A DNA stretch of 13,740 nt, taken from NCBI GenBank assembly GCA_034722055.1, contig JAYENL010000050.1, forward strand, positions 1-13,740, read 5' to 3'. This document shows, piece by piece, positions 7,043-13,740 of the stretch; position 1 is the first letter of the stretch; the number at the start of each line of letters is the position of its first letter. Origin of the DNA: Armatimonadota bacterium (lineage in GTDB: Bacteria; Armatimonadota; Zipacnadia; Zipacnadales; UBA5352). The notes beneath the pieces are model-generated. The model saw only the letters and a list, made by a program, of their open reading frames with translations. It did not search any database and was not told the origin of the DNA. The translations under genes and the position numbers were made by a program.

Positions 7043-8563
7043 TCACTCCGCGGTCTGGCCGGGTGCCGCCGAGGCCAGGTCCTCGATGTCATCGAGCGGC
7101 CAGATCGGCCGGCGCAGGCGCTGGAACTGCAGCCTGGTGACATCGGGATTGTGGATCCCGGGCGTGTCCACCTCGAAGATGGCGCTGGCCAGGGGACCGT
7201 AGTCCGCCCGGAAGTGGACTGCGGATTTCAGCCCGATCAACAGGCGCTCCCGTGGCTCGATCCCCACACTGCGGAGGGCTTCACAGTCGTAGGGTTGGAT
7301 GCGCTGTTCGGTCAATACCACCTCGACCTCTCCGACCACGAAGACCACGGTGCGGCCCATGTCCGCCTCGACGCCGGTGTACATCGGCCCGCGGTTGGCG
7401 AAGCGACCGTCGGAGATGAGGCGGACGTATCCGGTCAGCGTCAGCGTCGGCCCGTGCCGGTCGTCGGTCTTGCCTCCGACCTGCAGCGTCACCTGCTGGC
7501 CGACGCCGGTCTTGATCGCCTGCGCCACGGCCTCCGCATCCGCGATGATGGCCACCGTGGAGCGCGGCGCGTTCGCCTCGATAAGTGCCTGCAACATCAC
7601 AGTGCCGTCGCAGGGGGCGCCGCCCCCAGGGTTGTCGGAGCCGTCGGCCAGCACCACCGGTCCCTCCCCGGTGCGAAGGGCGTGGTCAATCGCGTCCGCC
7701 AGGGGCGTCAGCCGGACGCGGAAGTCGTCGCGCCGGTCCCACATCGCCCCAGCGATCTCCTGCGCCGCGGCGTCTGCCAGGTCGGCATCGCCGTCGGCGG
7801 TGACGACCACCGCCGCGCCGCAGTCGGCTATGTCGGCGAAGGGGAAGCCCCCGGCGACGGTTACATTGAGTATGCCTGAACGCCCCTCGGCCTCGTGAGC
7901 GAGGTCGATGATGTCGCTCATGGGCGACATCAGAGTGCACTGGCGGGGCGGCCCGATGAGCATCGGCACCTGTGCCAGCGCCGCCACCGGCTCCACGCGC
8001 CCCTCCATGGTTGCCATCAGCAGACGCGCCGCGTCCCGTCCCCGCTGGTAGGCGTCCACGTGCGGGTAGGTGTCATATCCGACCAGGGCGTCGGCCTGCT
8101 GCACCATCAGCGGGCTGATGTTCGCGTGCAGATCGAGGGTGGCCATCACTGGGACCTCGGGGCCGACGATCTCACGCACCCTGGTGAGGATGTCGCCCTC
8201 CGCGTCCTCAAGCTGCTCCGTGACCATGGCCCCGTGCAACTGCAGCAGCACGCCATCAACCGGCAGGGCCGCCTCCAGCTCCTCCAGCAGCATCGCCAGC
8301 ACCCGGTCATAGGCTCCCTGCTCGATGAGGCCCGACGGCTGGGGGAAGGTCCACAGCAGAGGGAGCATCTCAAACCCCAGCTCCTCGGCCGCATCCAGGA
8401 AGGCTCCGGTGCACGTCGCGGTGCCTGTGAGGCTCCGCACCAGGGCCTGTCCGGTCATCAAGCCGGGGAAGCCACGACCACGAACGAAATCGTCGAAGGT
8501 GGTCAGGCCCTGGGCAAAGGTGTTGGTCTCATGCGAGAAGCCTGCGACGGCAATGCGTGTCAT
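7043..8563 (-). CDS. mlrC: M81 family metallopeptidase (MlrC-like)
   Basis: Family motifs RIAVAGFSHETNTF, LHGAMV, LDLHAN, YPHVD, DNPGGG, GGKTD and KSAVHFRADY. GGAGGAG RBS. The symbol denotes the family, not proven microcystin activity. Confidence 0.95.
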   Translation of the reverse strand: MTRIAVAGFSHETNTFAQGLTTFDDFVRGRGFPGLMTGQALVRSLTGTATCTGAFLDAAEELGFEMLPLLWTFPQPSGLIEQGAYDRVLAMLLEELEAALPVDGVLLQLHGAMVTEQLEDAEGDILTRVREIVGPEVPVMATLDLHANISPLMVQQADALVGYDTYPHVDAYQRGRDAARLLMATMEGRVEPVAALAQVPMLIGPPRQCTLMSPMSDIIDLAHEAEGRSGILNVTVAGGFPFADIADCGAAVVVTADGDADLADAAAQEIAGAMWDRRDDFRVRLTPLADAIDHALRTGEGPVVLADGSDNPGGGAPCDGTVMLQALIEANAPRSTVAIIADAEAVAQAIKTGVGQQVTLQVGGKTDDRHGPTLTLTGYVRLISDGRFANRGPMYTGVEADMGRTVVFVVGEVEVVLTEQRIQPYDCEALRSVGIEPRERLLIGLKSAVHFRADYGPLASAIFEVDTPGIHNPDVTRLQFQRLRRPIWPLDDIEDLASAAPGQTAE

Positions 8564-8625
8564 GCGGGTATCTCCTCCGTGGTGGTCTCCCTGTCTTCAC
8601 GGCAGGCAGCGTGGCGTGCCGTTCC

Positions 8626-8870
8626 GTGGCACGCACACTCCTGTGCGTGCGTCGTGGCGGCCTGCCATGTCGTTCCGTGCACGCACGTTCCCACGGGCAA
8701 CTGGGCAACCCGGCTCACGTGCGAGCCTCCGCACGCTCCTGTGCGTCCGCTGTGGCGGCGCAGAACGGCGGACGGACAGGAGTGTCCGTCCCACCGAAAG
8801 CCCTCCTCTGTGCGTGCGGCGTCGGACCCCGGGAGAACGGCGGACGGACAGGAGTGTCCGTCCCACCGAA
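8626..8870. repeat. Cluster of GTGG-type REP-like hairpins (8626-8650 +; 8762-8798 and 8834-8870 -; degenerate partial copies between)
   Basis: Two identical 37-bp copies of AGAACGGCGGACGGACAGGAGTGTCCGTCCCACCGAA, one inverted variant GTGGCACGCACACTCCTGTGCGTGC, and partial copies near 8673-8686, 8730-8754 and 8803-8817. Confidence 0.88.
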
Positions 8871-8892
8871 GGGCCTGCCTGCCCGTCGCTAC

Positions 8893-9966
8893 CTACCTGG
8901 AGTACCGCCTGAACACTTCAGATATCTCCTCGTTCCTGATGACATCGATGGCGCTGCAGACCTGGATCCTGCGGCAGCCATTCTCGATCATCGTCCTGAG
9001 CTCCATGTCCACGCGCGCGGCGTCCTTGACCGGAAACTCCCCCGGGCGATGGTAATACCCGATCATGCAGACGCCCTCCTGGCGCTGGTGATACTCCCGT
9101 GCCGCCTGAGATATGATCCGGCTGTATTCCGCGATCTTCTCCTCCGGCCAGAGGGTGTACCACGCCGCGGTCTGTCCGCAGAAGTCAACGTCCAACCGGT
9201 TCCCGTAGAGCGGATCGGGGGCGAAGACCGGCCAGATATGGATGCTGGTCTTTATGTCCGCCCGCCTCGAGCGCGCGTAGTCAGCCAGATCGTTGATGTA
9301 ATCGACCAAGGTATCGCGGAAGAAAGCCACACGGGCCTCGTCAGGCGACAGCTCGGGATGTGCTTCCCCATACTCCGCCAACAGGCTCTGACAGCGGTCG
9401 CAGTAGCAGCAATGGTAATTCTGATAGCCGAACCCATCGAAGGCCAGCCCCTCAAGTCCGGGCACTGACGCGATGTCGTCAATCAGGGCCTTGAGGCGAT
9501 CCCTGGCCTCCTGATTGTTCAGGCAGATGATCCTGTTGGTCAGAACCTCATTGGTCATCACGGGCTCGCCACCGAACTGGTAGGGGATGATGTATCTGTT
9601 CCTCCCTGCCGTGATGAAGCTCAGGGCGGCCTCCTCGTCCTCGCTCATGACCTGCCATGGAACGGGGCGCTCGGGGTAGCGTTGGCTCCAAAGCTCTCCC
9701 AGGCGACCCATGGGGGAGATGCAGGAGAATACCCCGATGTTGTGCCTCGCGCCCGCTTCGACGGCCCGTCTGAGCAGCTCTGGATCCGTTGACCATGTGA
9801 TCAAGGCATCAAAGCCAACTGCTTCGGCCTCGGCCATGAAGGCGTCGAGGTTCTTGGCGTCGATACCCCATCCCGTCAAGGTGACCGTATCGTTCTCAGC
9901 GGCGACTGTCAGGGGCGTTGCCAGCGACACAGCGATGACCCCAAGGCACAGGCTGCTGCAATTCAT
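8893..9966 (-). CDS. Secreted putative glycoside-hydrolase-like TIM-barrel protein (GHL10/GH42-like Cys cluster)
   Basis: Signal peptide; pattern MAEAEAVGFDAL ... LRRAVEAGARHNIGV ... CLNNQEARDRL ... GLAFDGFGY-x-CCYCDRC typical of GH-like TIM barrels. GGAGGAG RBS. The CDS is secure, the family is tentative. Confidence 0.75.
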   Translation of the reverse strand: MNCSSLCLGVIAVSLATPLTVAAENDTVTLTGWGIDAKNLDAFMAEAEAVGFDALITWSTDPELLRRAVEAGARHNIGVFSCISPMGRLGELWSQRYPERPVPWQVMSEDEEAALSFITAGRNRYIIPYQFGGEPVMTNEVLTNRIICLNNQEARDRLKALIDDIASVPGLEGLAFDGFGYQNYHCCYCDRCQSLLAEYGEAHPELSPDEARVAFFRDTLVDYINDLADYARSRRADIKTSIHIWPVFAPDPLYGNRLDVDFCGQTAAWYTLWPEEKIAEYSRIISQAAREYHQRQEGVCMIGYYHRPGEFPVKDAARVDMELRTMIENGCRRIQVCSAIDVIRNEEISEVFRRYSR

Positions 9967-10049
9967 CTGGCTCCTCCATGATATCCGGCGGACGTTATGA
10001 GCTGACCGTTACTTCGATCCCTCACGTCTCTGCACCTGTTCTGCTGAGG

Positions 10050-10844
10050 CTACGCCGCCACTTCCCCGCCGGACTGAGCAGTGTAGAGGTCGTTGTAGGC
10101 GCCGCGCGCGTCCAGCAGCTCCTCGTGGGTGCCGCGCTCCACGATGCGCCCGTCCTCGATGACCAGGATGCGGTCGGCCCGGCGGATGGTGCTCAGACGG
10201 TGGGCGATGATGAAGCTGGTGCGATCCTCCATGAGCCGGTTCATGGCCTCCTGGATGTGGGCCTCGGTGCGGGAGTCCACGCTGCTGGCGGCCTCGTCGA
10301 GGATCAGGATGGCGGGGTCGGCGAGGATCGCCCGGGCGATGGCCAGAAGCTGGCGCTGGCCCTCGCTGAGCGTGCCCCCGGCCTCGGACAGCTGTGTATC
10401 GTAGCCGTCGGGAAGCCGGGTGATGAATGCGTGGGCGTTGGCCAGACGCGCGGCCTCCTCGACCTCGGCGTCGGTGGCGTCGAGGCGACCGTAGCGGATG
10501 TTCTCGCGCACGCTGTCGGCGAAGAGGAAGGTATCCTGCAGCACGATGCCGAGAGCACGGCGGAGGTCGTCGGTACGCAGGTTGCGGATGTCGTGGCCGT
10601 CCACGGTGATGCGCCCGCTGTCGATGTCATAGAAGCGTGTGAGCAGGTTGACGATGGTGGTCTTGCCCGCGCCGGTGGGCCCGACCAGCGCCACGGTCTG
10701 GCCGGCAGTGGCTTCGAAGCTGACATCGCGGAGCACCGGCACACCCGGCTCGTAGCCGAAGCTGACATCATCGAAGACGACCCGGCCGCGCACTTCCGAA
10801 AGCGGCGTGGCGTCGGGGGCGTCCACGATCTCAGGCGCCTCGTC
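10050..10844 (-). pseudogene. C-terminal NBD half of a type IV ABC exporter subunit (TM288/EfrB-like), TMD missing
   Basis: Walker A GPTGAGKTT, Q-loop VLQD, signature LSEGQRQ, Walker B ILILDEA, H-loop IAHRL. The frame begins in the TMD-NBD linker (DEAPEIVDAPDA) with no transmembrane domain. Confidence 0.88.
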
Positions 10845-11176
10845 TCCAGGCGCGCCAGATCGGCAAATGAGAAGCGCTGGACCTGCCGGAAGAGCCCGGC
10901 GCGCACGTCGGCGCCGAAGGCCAGCGCCGCCCGAATGGCGTAGACCGTGCAGCCGATGCCGCCGACCGCGCCGACGATGGCGACCGCGATCATGATTGCC
11001 AGGGTGCGCAGCACCAGCGGCCCGTCCTGGTTGGCGATGCCCACGTCCACGATGGTCTGCAGCAGCCGGGGCTGGGCGAGGTCCATGGCGACCTCCAGCG
11101 CCATCAGCGCCGGGGCCACCAGGGCCCAGACCCAGTAGGGCGCCATGAATCGACTCAAGCGCCGCATTGACTTCAC
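10841..11176 (-). pseudogene. N-terminal ~112 codons of the partner ABC exporter subunit (TM287/EfrA-like), truncated
   Basis: GTG at 11176 with an AGAGGTG RBS. Reads MKSMRRLSRFMAPYWVWALVAPALMALEVAMDLAQPRLLQTIVDVGI...FGADVRAGLFRQVQRFSFADLARLET, then resemblance to the family stops abruptly and the frame continues as out-of-frame NBD sequence. Confidence 0.88.
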
Positions 11177-11243
11177 GCGCCGAACACCTCTAACCCAGAC
11201 GAACGGCGGGATGATAGCCAGGACAGATGCACGAGTGTGGGCG

Positions 11244-11690
11244 TCACTGGCGCGAGGCCCGGTCGGCGGCCTGGGCGACCAGCTCCAGCGCGGTGTGAAG
11301 CGCCCGCAGCTCGTCGTCGTCCAGCGCGGCCAGCAGCCGGCCGAGGCGCTCGCGCCGGAGTCGGCGATGCCGGTCACGATCCCGCCGGCCCTGCGCGGTG
11401 AGCGCCACTCGCACCACGCGCCGGTCCTCGGGGTCGCTCTGCCGCTGCACCTTGCCTGCCGCCACCAGCCTGTCCACGGTCCCGGTCACGCTGCTCGGCG
11501 GCAGCCCCAGCTCACGCGAGAGATCGGACATGGAGGGCGCCTCCAGGCGACTGATGGCGTGCAGGCACTCGAGCTGACCGAGAGTCAGCTCCAGCTCGGC
11601 AGGCTTGTGCCGCGGGCGCAGATGCGGCTGGAAGATGCGGCGCAGGTACTGCTCCACCTGCGCCGTCAGTTCCTCGCGGGTGTCGCCCAT
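11244..11690 (-). CDS. MarR family transcriptional regulator
   Basis: LTLGQLECL ... SMSDLSRELGLPPSSVTGTVDRLVAAGKVQRQSDPEDRRVVRVALTAQG winged HTH with the DRR motif. True start is ATG 11690 behind GGAGG (148 aa). Confidence 0.95.
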   Translation of the reverse strand: MGDTREELTAQVEQYLRRIFQPHLRPRHKPAELELTLGQLECLHAISRLEAPSMSDLSRELGLPPSSVTGTVDRLVAAGKVQRQSDPEDRRVVRVALTAQGRRDRDRHRRLRRERLGRLLAALDDDELRALHTALELVAQAADRASRQ

Positions 11691-11706
11691 GAACGCCTCC
11701 GATTGC

Positions 11707-11739
11707 TTCAATACCGGAATATTTCGCGTATCGAAGTAT
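11707..11739. promoter_or_regulatory. Putative MarR operator: two tandem TTC-N7-GAA boxes
   Basis: ATATTTCG-N5-CGAAGTAT (11719-11739, one mismatch) plus TTC-aataccg-GAA (11707-11719), offset by 16 bp, in an AT-rich patch immediately downstream of the -10 box. Confidence 0.6.
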
Positions 11740-11974
11740 AGTATGCCACATAACAGCCGAGAGGGCAAGGGCTTTCCTCCGCCCCGGGCCCGGGCCGGAT
11801 GACCGCCGCAGCGGCACCATCGCGGACGAGCGCTGTGCGATACGCGACCGGCAGCGGTCCGGCCGTCTCGCGTACCTGGTGCCACGGAACGCCGCCGTCG
11901 CCTCCCGCGGTGCTGCACCCGGCAATCAGGGCGCAGATCGCCAGCACGGCCACGTGCGTCGGCAGTGCGCCCAT
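11708..11974 (-). pseudogene. Truncated lipoprotein gene (signal peptide plus start of a larger protein)
   Basis: AAGGGAGG RBS, ATG 11974, lipobox LIAGC, then ..TALVRDGAAAAVI.. . After about codon 68 the frame runs through the marR promoter/operator to TGA at 11710-11708. Confidence 0.55.
11740..11768 (-). promoter_or_regulatory. Sigma70-type promoter of the marR-ABC operon
   Basis: Minus strand TTGCCC (11768-11763), 17-nt spacer, CATACT (11745-11740) with an extended-10 TG. Confidence 0.6.
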
Positions 11975-12385
11975 CGCGAGCGCCTCCCTTCCCAGTCACG
12001 TGCGGACACATTCGCTCGAGCGCATGAAGGGTCCTTCGCCGGCTCCGTGTCAATGCCTGGGGCCTGCGTAATCAAAGGGAGCTGTCTGCCTCGCGCAAAC
12101 TGGCGTTTGGGCCGAAGCCCGGGTCTGGGGTCTTGAGCAGGGCGCCACCAGCGGGATGGGTTCGCAGGTCGGGCTTGCCCGCGTGGGGAAGCGCGGCTGG
12201 GAAGCATCGGCGTCCGATTATCCGGTCGGCGAGACGGAGGCGGGGGCAGCAGTCGATGTGCGGCTTCCCCGGGGAGCAGCGGCGGCGGTCCTGGCCGACT
12301 GAAGGTCGGCGCCCGAACGCGGGAGCATCGGGTCCGAGAGAATGCCTGAGGTCACTGCGCGACCTCCATGAGAGGTGCACAAACG

Positions 12386-13740
12386 ATGCGTCTGGTGATC
12401 CCGGCGTGCCTGCTCGCGATCACAGCTCTCTGTCTGGCTCAGCCGGTCAGCTTTGTGATCAACGGCGAATGCGAGAGTACCGCGAAATGGCAGCTTCCGC
12501 CCGACGCTGAGGTGGTCGAGAGAGCGCCCAGAGACCCCTGCGTGCTCATCACCCACGGCGGCGGGCGACAGGTCATCTGGCGACAGCCCGGCTGGGGCAC
12601 GATGACCGCCGCGGTGGACATCCGGGCCCAGGAGGTGCGGCAGGAGCCGGACGGCTTCGCCTACGCGGCCGTCTACCAGCACGACGACTTCGGCGCCCTG
12701 GTGCAGTTCCGCGACTTCGTCCAACTCCGTGAGCCGCACGGGTGGGAGCGCTACAGCTACACCTTCGAGGTCAACCCGGCCACCGCAACCATCGGGCTGC
12801 ACTTCGGCTTCTACCGGGCCCGCGGACGCGCCTGGTTCGACAACTGGACGCTGGTAGAGGGCGGGGTGGCGAAGGCGCCAGGTGAGGTCCGCACCCGCCC
12901 TCTGCCGGCGGATGCCGCACGCAGCGCCGTCATCTGGTACCAGCAAGACCTGGAGCTTCCGCCCGGGGGGATGCCGCCGAAGTGGGCGGCTGAGGTGCTC
13001 GCAGAGGCCGGCATCCGAACGGAGCTTGTTGATGCCACGGAGCTCTCAGAGGCCCTGTCGTCGGGCCGGCACGGCCTGCTAGTGCTCCCCTACGGGCCGA
13101 TGTATCCTCGCCAGGTGCGGGGCGCGCTGATAGGCCACTGCACAGTGGGCGGGAAGCTGCTCGTGGTCGGCGGCTATCCGCTCAACGAGCCGCTCGTGAG
13201 GGAGGGGGGCCAGTGGGCTCGATGGCGTGAGGTCCTCACGGAGCGGCGGCGGGAGGCGCTGGCCTGGCCCAGCAACCTGCTGCCCGACGGCGGATTCGAG
13301 GCCACCAAGGATGCTCCCACCGGCGGGAAAGAGGTGGACGGCCGCTGGCATCGCGACAGCGAGGAGTGTCGGATCGTGCCTCACGCCGTCGAGGGTGACG
13401 GGGCGGCCATGGTGGAGGTGCGGCCGGCCGAGGGCGTCGGCGAGCGGCGGTGGTATGCATGGCTGCCGGCCCGGCGCGGCCACGACTACGTGTTCACGGC
13501 CCGCATGCGCACCGAGGGCGTCGCCGGTGACGGCTACGCCTACGCGGCGGTCTATCAGTACCGCGGGGAGGAGCTGATCAGCCACAGGGACGTCGGGACG
13601 CTGACCGGCACGACCGACTGGGAGGCGATGCGCTGGGATTTCAGGGCGGAGCCCGGGGCGGACGCCATCTTCATCAAGCTGGGGCTCTATCGGTGCCATG
13701 GCCGGGCGTGGTTCGATCGCGTCCAGCTCGTCGATGTCAG
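12386..13740 (+). CDS. Large secreted carbohydrate-active protein, 5' part: two CBM4/9-like domains around a class I glutamine-amidotransferase-like segment (partial)
   Basis: GAGAGGTG RBS, ATG 12386, signal peptide MRLVIPACLLAITALCLA, 451 open codons to the window edge. Motifs INGECE...GRAWFDNWTL, LLVLPYGPMYP...GGKLLVVGGYP and NLLPDGGFE...GTTDW...GRAWFDRVQL. Not in the ORF track because it has no stop codon. Confidence 0.9.
   Translation, partial: MRLVIPACLLAITALCLAQPVSFVINGECESTAKWQLPPDAEVVERAPRDPCVLITHGGGRQVIWRQPGWGTMTAAVDIRAQEVRQEPDGFAYAAVYQHDDFGALVQFRDFVQLREPHGWERYSYTFEVNPATATIGLHFGFYRARGRAWFDNWTLVEGGVAKAPGEVRTRPLPADAARSAVIWYQQDLELPPGGMPPKWAAEVLAEAGIRTELVDATELSEALSSGRHGLLVLPYGPMYPRQVRGALIGHCTVGGKLLVVGGYPLNEPLVREGGQWARWREVLTERRREALAWPSNLLPDGGFEATKDAPTGGKEVDGRWHRDSEECRIVPHAVEGDGAAMVEVRPAEGVGERRWYAWLPARRGHDYVFTARMRTEGVAGDGYAYAAVYQYRGEELISHRDVGTLTGTTDWEAMRWDFRAEPGADAIFIKLGLYRCHGRAWFDRVQLVDV

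Noticed and set aside
8597..8866. 89-aa ORF with repeated GRTLLSVRRS
   Set aside because: It is just the translation of the REP-like repeats.
8762..8870. CRISPR array (37-bp repeat, 35-nt spacer)
   Set aside because: Only two repeats, no cas genes or AT-rich leader, the spacer contains a degenerate half of the same hairpin family, and an inverted covariant copy lies nearby. It fits REP elements better.
10830..10860. Programmed frameshift joining the ABC TMD and NBD
   Set aside because: No slippery run is present, and a fused product would still have only about two TM helices and combine parts of different subunits.
10304..11377. 357-aa ORF as an intact gene
   Set aside because: It is a chimera of out-of-frame marR sequence, the real ABC TMD fragment (11176-10841) and out-of-frame NBD sequence.
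11691..12053. N-terminal extension making the MarR protein 269 aa (likewise the extensions on the vWA, SIMPL and GH28-like ORFs)
   Set aside because: The extensions cross promoters or neighbouring genes, and better RBS-supported starts exist at 11690, 5638, 2751 and 7014.
12048..12053. Perfect TTGACA -35 box on the minus strand
   Set aside because: No -10-like hexamer at 16-18 nt spacing.
12090..12135. c-di-GMP-I riboswitch resemblance (GCAAAC...GAAGCCCGGGTCT)
   Set aside because: It lacks the GNRA-capped stem and the conserved GACGCAAAG junction; an Infernal scan would settle it.
12218..13699. Minus-strand ORFs 12218-12946 and 13079-13699
   Set aside because: They are antisense to the real plus-strand gene starting at 12386.

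Overview
GC-rich bacterial window whose protein repertoire suggests an Armatimonadota/Planctomycetota-type organism (inference only). Almost all genes lie on the minus strand. From right to left they are a truncated lipoprotein gene start, a MarR regulator with a clear promoter/operator, a heterodimeric ABC exporter pair collapsed into one frameshifted pseudogene by an internal deletion, a secreted glycoside-hydrolase-like TIM-barrel protein, an MlrC/M81 metallopeptidase, a GH28-like beta-helix protein, and a four-gene envelope cluster (vWA lipoprotein, TM/coiled-coil protein, SIMPL protein, membrane-anchored TolB-like beta-propeller). A large secreted protein with two CBM-like domains starts on the plus strand at 12386 and runs off the window; it is missing from the ORF track. 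Two intergenic clusters (160-406, 8626-8870) hold REP-like hairpins with compensatory base changes and a shared GCCGTT tail. No rRNA, tRNA, cas or transposase gene is visible.
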